Source: Laetmonice hystrix
Taxonomy: Eukaryota
Length of the DNA stretch: 64,000 bases
Direction of reading: 5' to 3'
NCBI GenBank assembly: GCA_965235115.1
Contig: OZ249436.1
Location: 36,148,001-36,212,000 of the forward strand
Every line of letters starts with the position of its first letter. The stretch's first letter is position 1. Below are positions 1 to 11,800 of this stretch, one piece after another. The translations under genes and the position numbers were made by a program. The notes under the pieces are model-generated. The model ran no database searches, had not been told where the DNA came from, and was given only the letters and a program-made list of their open reading frames with translations.

Positions 1-757
1 TTGGGGATCCTATCAATGATCAAGAATCCATCTTTGATCAAACGATCTGGAAGCGCCGACGTATAAGCCATATGGTTGAGGCGTTCTTTTTATGGTTTTA
101 CCTACAAGGAACCCATGCATGATTAGGCCATTCACAAAGGTGGACGATAGCTACCCTAATGACCTATTAATGTGGGGCTGGGGCCCAATGTTACATTATG
201 GCCAAATAAAGACTCTTACATTTTTATTCAATAAACATCAATAAGAAGTTGATAATGAATGAAACTGTTCATCAAATGTTCTATACAGATATGTACATGA
301 TTAGGTGTGTTGTATACATTCAATTATAGAGGCACTAGGGCCTATTCTCCCGAATAAAAGGAAGTTGTTCATTGAATGAATGATGCGTTCTCCTTTGGGG
401 TCTACCTGTTCCGGTTTACGTCCTTGGTTACACAGAGATATTACATCGTCTTCCGGTTTACGAATCACCACCGCCGATATTACACGTATTTGAGTCTGTA
501 ATTGCAATAGAAGATCATAAACCTAACAAAAGGCTATCAGTGGCCCGGATCATGGGGCCCAAGTTAGGTGAGTTGAGAAACAGCCACCCCCCCCCCCCCA
601 GAATAATTCGGATGATGTTCTAAAATAGAAAGACATGGATAGTCCAGAGGGCCAGGGGCATTGCCCGATGATTAGCCCCCTCTATACTCCCCATTCCCCC
701 TCCAACATTCCTACCATTGAAATATTAGTTTCATTTTTGGATTAGTTGAAAATGAAC

Positions 758-3700
758 CTGTCTTGTAGCAGCCGACGGCAACAGGAAAAACGTGACGTGC
801 GTGATGTTTCCCAAAAGGTGCTCCACCTGGCTGACGCTGTCAGTGTCGCTGACGATCATCCAACGTTGGAGAAACGTTCCAGTCCCCTGCTCATCAGTCA
901 CTAAGTCATGCCTATTAATCTGCAAATTGGCAAATTCTTCATCAATCGTCGATAGGCTGCACATCATGATGGCATGATCTTTATTAACAACTTGCTGTTC
1001 GAAAAACTTCAAGTGGCAATATGTCTTTACCTATATATGGGGATAACAAATATTGTCGAACTGTCACGTTAAATATAAATGACCTCATCCAAGCACACAT
1101 GTCACACAGAGGTCTATGCAAGCGAGTGTGTATACAAAGGGCTCTTACGTAAGTGTACACTGTACATATAGTGTGTCGACCGTCATGATTATATACACAT
1201 CCTACCTGCTGTAGGAGCTCTGTAAGACAGGTTTGTCTACAGAATACCATGAAGTGTTTATCATCCAAATGATCGTCCAATAACTGACTCACGTCACGAC
1301 GTACAGAATGACCTCGGACGTGGACGTCTTCAGTGACCAGAAACTCTGGGAATGCCGTATGCCATTCACGATATGTACCAGCTATCAACAGAAATAGGCA
1401 CGGTAAAATTTTAATAGGCTCAACCCTATAATTTCTAAACTCACTGGAACGCATGTCCTCCACTTAGCTCATATTTTATGTTCGCTCACATGCAATTGCC
1501 CGTCACATTGCCCATCAATTTACTTTATGGACGGACCATTGGATGTAGGCCTGCCTACATGGGTGGAGCTATCTTTTCTTTCTCTATAAACTTTCTTCAT
1601 TTCCAAAACTCAACGAGTTTTTAACCTTGTGGACTTTATTTTTTGTACGTGTGTCATGAGAAGTATTTGTTATCCACGATCTGCTGAAGAAACTTGTAAT
1701 ACCCCCCACCCTCTGGGATCCGATGGCTCGCCACTGCCACTTCGCCATGTTACACAGGTGTCAGATTACAAAATGGTGTACTGAGTTATCGCCACCTATT
1801 GATGCTGCTGTGTCAACATCAATTATGGTGCATCCAGTCAGGATGGCAAAATCCATAGGCCATGCATGGACGGGCATTGTTTGGTGAGGGTTGGTATCAT
1901 TGAACATGGCCGGGCATACAAAGACTAGGATATTGAGTTTGACGTCGACGTAACACGAGGCGTGTTATTACGTTGAAATGACGTATTCATTCATCCCCAG
2001 ACATGACAAAAATACAAGAAATGCAACACTATGCTAAAAATAATAGGAGATGGCGGTATGGGCCAAGTTATACGTGCAAATTAAATTAAAAATAGATTCG
2101 AGAAAGTACCAGAATTTCCTTTTTTCTAAAAAGCAAGGACCTCACTAGTGCGCACTAACTAAGAATGCCCTCAGACAACTCCCATCGCACCTAACCCCAC
2201 CCTACCCCCACCACACCCCGCAAAAAGTGCTATTTTACCTGTTTTTTTAGCGACAGAGTCTAATGATGGTATACCCCGAGCCCCCTGCTATCACCTGACA
2301 AAGTGTGACCCATACCGTTGTAATCATCGTACACGAAGACCATGTGGCGCCAACCCGTCCTGTCAATAATGTCGCTGATGGCTCGGTGAACTGCTGGCTG
2401 ATAGTGAGTTGACATGTCGAAGACAATGCCGACGCCGCTCGTGCACTTGATCACGTGTCTACCAGGTGGGAGGGCATCCTGTATGTTTGGGTCGTTTGGC
2501 AACGATATAAGTTTCTCTCGAATGCAGCGCCCTTTCGCCAACTCAATAGCATTTGTTACAACTAGACAGACTGTTAAAACATAATTTCAATGAGGCATTT
2601 ATTAATTATAATAGGAGACATTTAAAAGGCTTTTACATAGATGTAAAGGGAATTCTGTCATTGGTTGTTAAGGAGCTATAACATTTCAAAGCTTGTTGCT
2701 AGGCAACAAGATGGCGCTACCTAAAATTCAATATACTCATTTTACTCCTTTAGTCCTACTTATGTTATTTCAACAAGTTTCATGTAGCTTATGTATATTT
2801 AGGAAACCGGTTGCTAAGGAAATATGCAAAAATTAAGTGGTTGCTATGGATTTATGCAAATTAGGCCCTTTCGACCACCCAGATTCTTCTAGACTTTTGA
2901 TGTATTTATCTATGGACAATTCTGATGTTCATGGCGATTCAATAACTTCTGTTGCAATTTGTGCTGGGTTGACCATTTTTTTTATCGTAGAATGACTGGA
3001 CTGTCATGGCCGTAGTGCCTTTTAAACCATGTATATCTACAGATAAGGTATAACTATACAGACAAAAAAACTTTCCAAACCATATAACGAAATGACCTTG
3101 AACCAAGTGGGAGATGACCTTGACCTTTAATTTAAGGTCATGTCCCTCTTGCTTGGCGCAGAGCCTAAAACCTATACCTTAATCTGCCGAAATATATCCA
3201 GTATAGTCTGCATGGTTGCCATGGTAACCATCCACAGGGAGACTATATATTTCTAGGAAACATGTATATTTTCCATAAATATATCACACCGCCTTAAAAA
3301 ACCTTTTTTGTTTACTCCAATTCAAAATAGTCCCACACAGCCCAGGCAAATGTACGGAAAATGGGTATAAAGCATCGGATTTAGCGCTTTTTGAGATCCT
3401 GCACATCTTTCGTTGCCAGGGGATTTGCCATAGTTACCAAGGCTTGATGGCCAAACGTGATGACATGGCAACTGGCAGGCTCCGTCAGCTTCTGAATATT
3501 TTTAAACTTATAGAATCGGGCCTCAAATTTTTAAAAGAGATAAAACGTTCTCATGTCATAACTAAATTTTGGCCTTTTTAAAAGGATGTTTTGGTTCAAA
3601 TGACCTTGACCTTGGGGTCAAAGGTCAACAAATTATATTTTTCTGGAAAGCCCCCTCGAACGTCTAATAATATACCAATTTGGAGATTCATAGCTATATT

Positions 3701-6538
3701 AAGTTTCGAGTTAGGGGGGAATATGTTTATTTTTTAGGAACCCCTTTTTTGTGTGACCTTTGACCTTTGACCCCTGCGTTCGTGACCTTAGCACAAGAAT
3801 AGAGCTTGACCACCACCCTAGCAGGACGCAGGGTATTGCATAGAATAATTTTGACATGGTGGTTGCTTTTGCTCTCTCCGGTAGAACGAAATCGATATTT
3901 AGGCCACTTTTCCAGGTTCAGCCTCCCTACTAATTCCCTTTACGTACATGGTATTTAGCACAGGTCTGCACACTCATTAAATGCCTGGGTGTTATTCAAA
4001 GTTTATGGTTTGGATAGTTAGGGATGCAGGTGAAACTCCTAGGCACATACTACTGGACTGAGTGACCGTAAGTTTGCATGATGGGAATTAATTCGGAGGA
4101 GTAACCGTTCGAAAAGTAGGCCTACATTAATTCGAAACATGAATTTAGTAACAAACCTTACTGATCGAAGGTACAATGGAACATTTGGATGTGTTTTTCG
4201 GGGGAGGGTGCGGAGTAGGGTTGACGTTCCTGTACCCCTATGTATTTCTATGTTCGCGAGGTCTACATGACATTGTTACCTTGTTGTAGGGATGACCGAT
4301 ATTACTTACTCGCACGACGGACATCATCTGCGACTTCATGTTTATTGAGATCAATTAAATCATCTTCAAACATATCACGTCGTGAAGACAGCAGATATTG
4401 CAGTGTACTCGAATTAGTAAGCCCCCTTCTATGCGTTATTTCGTCTGAAACATGTAATGAATAAGCCGCTATATTGAATCAATGACTTTAGGCCTCCATA
4501 TAGTCCTATAAATATACGAGCCGATAGCATTCCGAATAGCCTTACTTACCTTTGAAAACGGGAAGGGAAAGTTATCGGTCGTGGTTGCAACGCATAGAAT
4601 GTGACACCCATGGTAAATAGAAACAAAATACTTAATGTGTGGCTAGACCTTGCTTCTGGAAAAGCCGTTGTTTCCCGTCTATATTTGACTATAGATTGTG
4701 TCAACGTGTTCTCCATCAACGTATCTGGGCCTCGACCATCAAAACAGAGTGTTACTAAGCACGGCAAGTGTCATATTAGTTTTGTGGTACAAGGCCAAAT
4801 TCACGTACATTACCTTGTGCCAACTTAATACAGGTTCGGACGAAAAATCGATAGATGAACCTTTTTATCAAGCGACTGGTACTGCTTTATGACAATTTAC
4901 GATTTATGTGGGCTTAACTGTCAGTCTATATAGCATTTCGACCACTGCGCATTCTCTAAAAGGGCATAAAATTTACCTGCATAATTTAAGAAGCTTTTAA
5001 AGCAAAGAATATCTCTAGGCTGTTGGGTTATATAGATAAGACCTTTAGACAAGGCCTAAATAAATCAATAAATGTTACCCATAATAATGGAGAAATCTAA
5101 CGAAATTCAACATTCCAGTTTACCTCATATGGCTAATGGTTATTGGCAAAATGGTTGACCTGGCATTGACTTCAACAGCCAATGAAATTCATTGGGCGAT
5201 GAACCGATGAATTTCCGAAGATTTCCCCATTTCTGTGGGATGTAGGCCTAGTCCAGGGCCTATCTATACTAACAGCGCATGTCTGAATTTTGGAGTAATT
5301 GAAATGAGAGATTTCCGTCCAGTAATTCTTTTTAAACAAAATTCGGCTTATAGAGCGATGTAACATCGACATTCTGATGTAAGTTGTATTGTGCTATATC
5401 TCCATGATAATACGACTTTAAAGAATCTCCCCTCCTCCACTTACAGTTTAATTTCCATCGTATAAGGCGATCACTAACACTGGCATCCTTTTACTTCGCA
5501 GAGAGGAAATAATGATTTGCTTAAAGGTAATATGTCACGAATTTCAAATAATACGTCGTGTTTCAGCAAAAATATGTCTGCATTGTGGTTCTCTGATATG
5601 CCCCAAAGGTCCCCAACCTGCATGTATATGTAGCTTTGGCCGGTATTTTGTAAAAAAGAAAATCGCCAATTCTTACAATGCGGTCACCGAAAATGACACA
5701 CTTAGATTCCGAGACCCCGAGATTTGCAGCCGGCTGTGTTTTGCACCCTTTTTCACACGATCGGCGGATGGGCCATTATAGTCCCACTATCATTTTATTG
5801 ATTTGTTATTTTTACTTATATATTTATTTATTTGTTTATTTATTAGTTATTTACTTAGATGACGGATTCATCGCACTTTGCGGACTGCAGCTAGTTGTAT
5901 TCATTTTTTCACATTATGGAGAATTTCACAGCTGTCTACTCGTAGTAGGCTAGATCCTCTAGGCCTATGTGTTAACAGAATCAATATGAAAAACAATCAG
6001 TGCCATAAAGTACGTCAGTGGTGAGCAGGTAAGCAGAAAACTGAAGATTTCGTCGATACCCCCGTGACATATTTCCTTTAATTCACGTACTTTCTGAATA
6101 TCCCCCATTCTCACGTTCGAGTCCTTTCGGCAATCTTCGGCCGTCCCGTTCATTTCAGGGACCGCGGAAGCGGGGGAGGGGGGCTGGGGGCGGGCTTTAG
6201 CCCCCCCCCCCCCACTTTTTCTGAAAGCCCTTTCTTTTTTAATACAATTTTTTTTAAATAAAAAATCTCCAATAGTAGACCCTCTATTTGCGGTTCCTGC
6301 AAATAGCTAGGCCTATATCTGAATACGGGGTGGAAGCAATCCGTACCACTCCTCTCAGCACTTTCCCGTCAATTCGGCGTCAAACATGCAATTCTTACAT
6401 TTCAAACAAAACATTTGAATGAAACTATTTAAAGTCTGTAAAATTCCTACCTTCACATGTGCTGCACTGAAGTAATAGAGAAAAATACAAGATGAATGGT
6501 AGCGCATGTAAATCACAGCTCACAAGACGAGTGGCCAT
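758..6538 (-). CDS. Divergent ionotropic glutamate receptor / IR-like gene A (5' part; the rest lies beyond the left edge)
   Basis: Phase-compatible GT-AG exons: 6538-6451 (signal peptide MATRLVSCDLHALPFILYFSLLLQCSTCE), 4444-4310, 2570-2316 (AISDIIDRTGWRHMVFVYDDYN), 1381-1206 (TEDVHVR..KHFMVFC..ELLQQ), 919-758 (INRHDLVTDEQG..FLQRW). Each aligns by eye with the matching exon of gene B, which has full LBD and channel motifs. Confidence 0.8.
2608..3932. mobile_element. Composite non-autonomous DNA-transposon fragments in intron 2 of gene A
   Basis: Non-coding; recurrent GTTGCTA/GTTGCCATGG and TGACCTT(T)GACCTT motifs typical of invertebrate DNA elements; TAG-type end (rc TAGTAGGGAGGC) at ~3932. 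Boundaries and family uncertain. Confidence 0.4.
5018..5215 (+). repeat. Dispersed ~200-bp repeat, copy 1 of 3
   Basis: Shares ATGGAGAAATCTAA..TTCAACATTCCAGTT..AACAGCCAATGAAATT with 8216-8399 and 61417-61535; the GGCTGTTGGGTTA lead-in is shared with 8216 only. Confidence 0.75.
6156..6299. mobile_element. Short GC-rich MITE remnant (hAT-like CAGG termini)
   Basis: TIR CAGGGACCGC / GCGGTTCCTG with internal poly-G/poly-C runs; no clear TSD. Confidence 0.5.
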
Positions 6539-6755
6539 GACCGTGTTCGGGACCCTCTGCAATGTCGGTAAATGTTGTCACAGATGAAATATCACTCTGG
6601 ATGTCGAGTCGTGAACGGCCACCTGGCGGATTCGACAGTAGGTCTAACCATTATGGTCTAACTGCAAGTACAAACTTTGACGAGATGGCGCCACTGGTAG
6701 GCTTATAGATGCGCCGAGATGAAAGCCGCTGTACACAGGTTTAGGTGGTTACCGC

Positions 6756-7005
6756 CAGGGGCGGATTGGGGGGGGGGGGGGGGCGGGGGTCGACCGTTTC
6801 TCGCCCCCCCCCCCAACAAGAATAGCTTTACATAATTATTTAATAAAATACATCTTCCAGGCTTTACTCTCAGTCTGATTTTCTTGCCTAAAACGCAATG
6901 AAGCACTCCAATTTTTTAAAAAAAATTCTAGTCCCAGGCCCCCATAGCACGCCCCTATATTGGAAACACGACGCGCTTAGTGAAACCCTCCTGGATCCGC
7001 CCCTG
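6756..7005. mobile_element. MITE (hAT-like CAGGGGCGGAT termini)
   Basis: CAGGGGCGGAT ... ATCCGCCCCTG terminal inverted repeats; a related remnant lies at ~48841-48926. Confidence 0.6.
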
Positions 7006-7626
7006 TGCCATCCTGCTCCGCTCGGGGTTGAACCGCTTCCAGTGATTCACCCCCTCCCGCCTGCCCGCCTATTCACAGAAACGCACAGCTCGCAGCGCCA
7101 TCTGTTTTCCACCTGCTACGGTACCCCGTAGACCAATCAGATTACAGCACTGCCTGAGGTGCGATTAATAAAAATTAGCGTGCATTTCTGGTTAGCCAAT
7201 AGGAACGTCCCCGGCCCAGAGGCCGAGAGCGACAGCCAGCGCCAGCGCTAGCGACACCGGGTCGCGAGCAGGCCAGTGTAGGCCTAATGTTTGGATGCCA
7301 GCACGAAGCGACGATGACAGGGGAGCTAAACTTTGGAATTTCGCATGTTAAACCGTAGGCCTGCACATGTATTGTTAGGAAGGGACACAATTTTGTTTAT
7401 CAGCGAACTGGGCAAGGCTATCAGGCATTTTTGCGAGAAGTAAGCCTTCGGCGAGGACCGTTAGTGCGGGTAGCGCGACGATGACAGGTCCTATTAATAT
7501 TCATAAGGTTGACCTCAGGGTCAACCTCTGCCCGGTTAGCGTGGGTTGGGCTCAAGGGGTAGAATGCAGGATGCGCGATGCCCCTTGACAACTCAAGATG
7601 CCCCTGTGCTAGCGTCCTATTTAAAG

Positions 7627-7957
7627 AGATTCTAGGGCATTTGCCCCCCGGACAACTGCCCCCCGGACATTTGCCCCCGGATTTTTGCCCCCCGGACATT
7701 TGCCCCCGTAGGACTTCTGCTCCCCTAGGACCCTAACCTAACCCTAATCCAGTCCTACGGGTAGTAGGCCTACTTCCGCCCCCCCCAGGACTCTGACCTA
7801 ACCCTAACCTTAAGTTACCCTGTCCTACGGGGGTTAATGTCCGGGAGTGAATGTCGGGGGGGGGGGGGGCAGATGTCCCAGGGAGGCAAAAGTCCTACAG
7901 GGGTGAATGTCGGGGAGGGGGGGGGGCAAATGTCCAGGGGGGAAGTGCCCTGATACC
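7627..7957. mobile_element. Fold-back MITE with subterminal GGACATTTGCCCCC repeats and CCCTAACC core
   Basis: Tandem CCCCCGGACA(T/A)(T/C)TG units on the left mirrored by GGGGGCAAATGTCC on the right; ends AGGGCA / TGCCCT. Confidence 0.65.
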
Positions 7958-8215
7958 ATTTAGATTGAACCAAAAAGTCTTAATCAGGACCTTAGGGCCC
8001 CCTATTATTCAAGCGAACGCAAACACTGAACGCGAACGCAATGGCGGTACCAAGCAACCATATTGTGGAAAAAAATGTTTCAATGATACTTATCGCTTAT
8101 TATGTAGTTTTGAATTGATTCTGTATCATACCTCTTCGCTCATTCTTATTTTATTTAGATATTAGAGATAGGTAAAATAGTCAACTGTTTCAATGACTTC
8201 AAAATGAAGACATTG

Positions 8216-8399
8216 GCTGTTGGGTTAGATAAGGTCTTAGACTACATAAATCAAACAAATTATACCCACAGAAATGGAGAGATCTAATGAATTTCAACAT
8301 TCCAGTTGCCTGTTGTTGCCTGATGAAGCGATCGTCTCATGGCTGGTTGTTGACCTGAACAGCCAATGAAATTCATTGGTTCATCGCCCGGTGAATTCC
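8216..8399 (+). repeat. Dispersed ~200-bp repeat, copy 2 of 3, upstream of gene B
   Basis: Homologous to 5018-5215 and 61417-61535. Confidence 0.75.
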
Positions 8400-8827
8400 A
8401 TTGCCTTCATGGTTCCGATCTTGTATTAGTTGGATCTATGCACACTAAAGTGTATCCAACTCAAACCTATGCAGCTCATGCGGTGCACCTGAGGGAAAAG
8501 TCCCTCGGCCAACTCTTCACATAATAATCTAAGTATATGGGATCGTATGGCCTCATGAACCGCGGGCTTACTGCCGCTTTTCATGGCTCAGACACGTTCA
8601 ACGTTTCAATGACAGTCTACACAATGACGTTAATATTATATGGCATACGCATGCCCGTCGCCGTCAACTGATGTCACGAAGGAACGAGTTGTGCTGCGTC
8701 TGTCAACGTTCATGTGGATCTTCTTTCTGACGATGACGTTAATATGTAATGGCATATCCGCGAGTCATCAGTGCGTTCATCGTCATGAACGCTCGCCATA
8801 GCATGCCCGTCACTGTCAACTGATGTC

Positions 8828-11800
8828 ATGAAGGAACGTGTTGTGCTGTATGAGCTGTGTCTGTCAACGTTTCTGTGGATCGTCTTGCTGACCAGGATAT
8901 GTCCGAACTGTGCAAGCCTGACCGATGAAGGTATGTAAGTCCACGTGGTATCATGCAACGTTGAGATCTTTCGTAGGCCTATTTAGGCGGATGTGGTGCT
9001 TCTCTACACGGCCGTATACCAAGCCTAAAATTTAAAACGATTACTGGAGGGGGGGGGGGCTGCCCCCTGCCCCTATACGTCCCTGATATTTAACCTTAAA
9101 TATAGAACTTATGAGAGCTAGATGGCTGCTGGTCAACCCTGAAAAGAAATATCATTATGTTCGGTAACTTTATCAAAAGTACAATAGGCCAATAGGCCTA
9201 TAGATCTACTATAGACTTCTGATATAGGCTAATGCCCATTAATCTTAAAACCTGGTGAACACGAGTTATTGGCAAAGCAAGGTTTCCTTCCGCCAAATGC
9301 ACGCCCCCCCCCCCCCAAAAAAAAGGTCTCCCTCCCCAGTTTTAAAGGTCAGGCTGCTGCTGCATGCGTTTTGAATTAAAATTGGACTATCCCTCCGCAA
9401 CCTTTCTATATCAATGGTCTCACAATGAAATGGTCCCGCAATGCAATAAAGGTTGCAAGAACAAACGCTTCAATTTTTCTGGCTCTTTCAGTCATGGATA
9501 AAAAGCGTCTTTGTCAGCGATTTTAGCAGAGCCCTGAGCTAAGAAACTAACTGCTACCATCCCGTTATTTCGACTTTTAAATTGCCTGGATCGAACTATG
9601 CCGGGAAAAATCACATTAAGTAAATAAAGTGTAATATGCGAAGCATTCATTAGTGACATGTTGGTCAATAACCTTTTTAACCTATATCGGATGCTGTTGC
9701 TAGGCAACTAAGAGATTTCTCGGGAATCCGATTTACCTAAAATGTTTGAAGAACAATCGAAATCGTTTACTTTGGATCCTTTTAGGGTTGTCTCGAAGCG
9801 AGTGTGGAAAAATATCGAGGCTTACAGACAACTCCGCCGGTTCAATCCCATACATGTGTGAAAGAGAGGGAGAGGGAGAGAGGGAGGGTGAGAGGGAGGG
9901 AGATAGAGAGAGATAGAGAGATGCTGTTTTCCAGGTCACGTTATTTTCAGGTTGTCTTGTGTTTCAGACAATCAACAGACCAGTAAGGATATTACACGAT
10001 GCTTCTTGGCTAACGAGGACAAACTGAATGCCAGTAGCCTCTCGCTAAGTAATATCCTTTTCTTCGAACGCCGTGTTTCCGATGGGGTCCTTTGCCTGAA
10101 AGGTGCATAATTGGTTCCACTGCTGTTACGTGTCTTGTCGTATATATTCTGAGATAATGGATGTAGCAATAGTCCAATGAGGCCTTAATATTAATGATAT
10201 AAAAACGAAATCGATTCTCACCGACTATATGCGGTGCTGACGCTTAACTAATGGATCCATTTGGACATATACCACTTTAGCATAACTTCCGAGGGAGATA
10301 TGAGAGGGAATTTGGTTAGGTTGTATTTTTTATATAAAGGCCTATCCCTTTATTTTAGAGCGTGCAAGGATTTTATAAAATTGAGAGAACGTTATATGCA
10401 TCACGTGACGCTATTGTCGTTGGTGCGTTATTGTGCCTGTTTCGATTTCGTCGTTACTAATGTATAGATGTTTTCCCAGAATCTGATGAATCAGAACCAG
10501 TCGCCCGTGATGGCTTTGGATCTGTGCCTGCAAACAGCTTACCACGGTTTATGGTTAAATTGTCTGGATATGACATTTCAATATGTGTGAATGCTTTTGG
10601 CATTGCCTACATCAGTGGTGATACGTACAGAAATAAATTGGTCGAGGCTATTCGTGACGTTATACAAAGAGTCCATTGGCAAAATGTCGTGATCTTGTAT
10701 GACGACAATAATGGTAAGTGCCAGTACCACGATATGTGAACGGGTGATATCTATTTTTGCATATCTTGCAAAATATCGTCTGATACAAAGAACTGGTCCA
10801 ATGCATATAGTTTCCTTTTTATAATTCCTACGTTCCCTCATGAAATGGGATTCATTTAAATTATTAAGGAATATGTGACGTTCGTGTTGCACATGGTCTA
10901 AAATAGGCATAATATGTGTTGCGACTTTTCTTTGCAATGTATCTGCCCTAATTTTTATTCCGATGTATTTATCAAGTGGACCTGGTGCACATGCTGTACA
11001 CGTCCGTCCCAAGTGGAATCGCCACTGAGGACATCCACGTGAGAGAGGACCAGGTGATTGCTGACGTCAGTGGTCTACTTGATATCCACAGTCAAATCTG
11101 GCGCGGCAAAAAACATTTTGTTGTCTTATGTAGCCTTGGGTGCATACTGGAACTCCTTAATCAGGTATATTACATGGAGATGCTGGTCAACCTCGAAAAG
11201 AAATACACATGTACAATAACAGACAATATACAAAAGGATTTTCCTGGAACAGCGGATAGTATAATCGATTAGTGAGAGGCAGGCAGTAGGAAGAATATCT
11301 TTTTGACATACTTTAACTCGTATATAATGTTTACTTTGTTACAGGTTAACGGTCATGACAGTTTGCATGACGAGCAAGGCGTTTTGACCTTCATGCATCG
11401 TTGGACTTTTCTCATTGATGAGGAGAGCACGGGACCAGTGGAACATGCCATTGGGAATGTTGTAAATGCGCTCTTCATCATTCCCGTGGAGTTTCCTGTC
11501 GGTAACCGCAAGGTATGCAAGCCTATAGAAGGGTTAAATGTGCTTTACATAAATGTACTTTTCAGAATCTATTTTTATTTTACACATACCCAGACCTATA
11601 ATCGCCATCTATTCCTATTTTGTTGGCATTTTTATTTTTTCATTTCTGGGCAGAAAATGTGTAAGCACGCCTACAGTGCCTAATGGAAGCTATATATTGC
11701 GCCTGCTTGCTCCTTTTCGAGAGAGTATACGGCCATGTTTGTAAGGTGTTGATAATGTCTGCCCAGGTGGGATATCCTATGGAGTTTCATCATATTGATG

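Noticed and set aside
4550..4716. First coding exon of gene A (MENTLTQ..FQ, good GTAAGT donor)
   Set aside because: It ends in phase 2, incompatible with the phase-1 exon at 4444; 6538-6451 gives a proper signal peptide in phase 1.
7731..7812. Interstitial telomere repeats (CCCTAA)
   Set aside because: Only a few degenerate units forming the core of a fold-back MITE.
8320..8372. Hammerhead in the dispersed repeat (CTGATGAAG)
   Set aside because: No stem II-GAAA arrangement, and the motif is not conserved in the other two copies.
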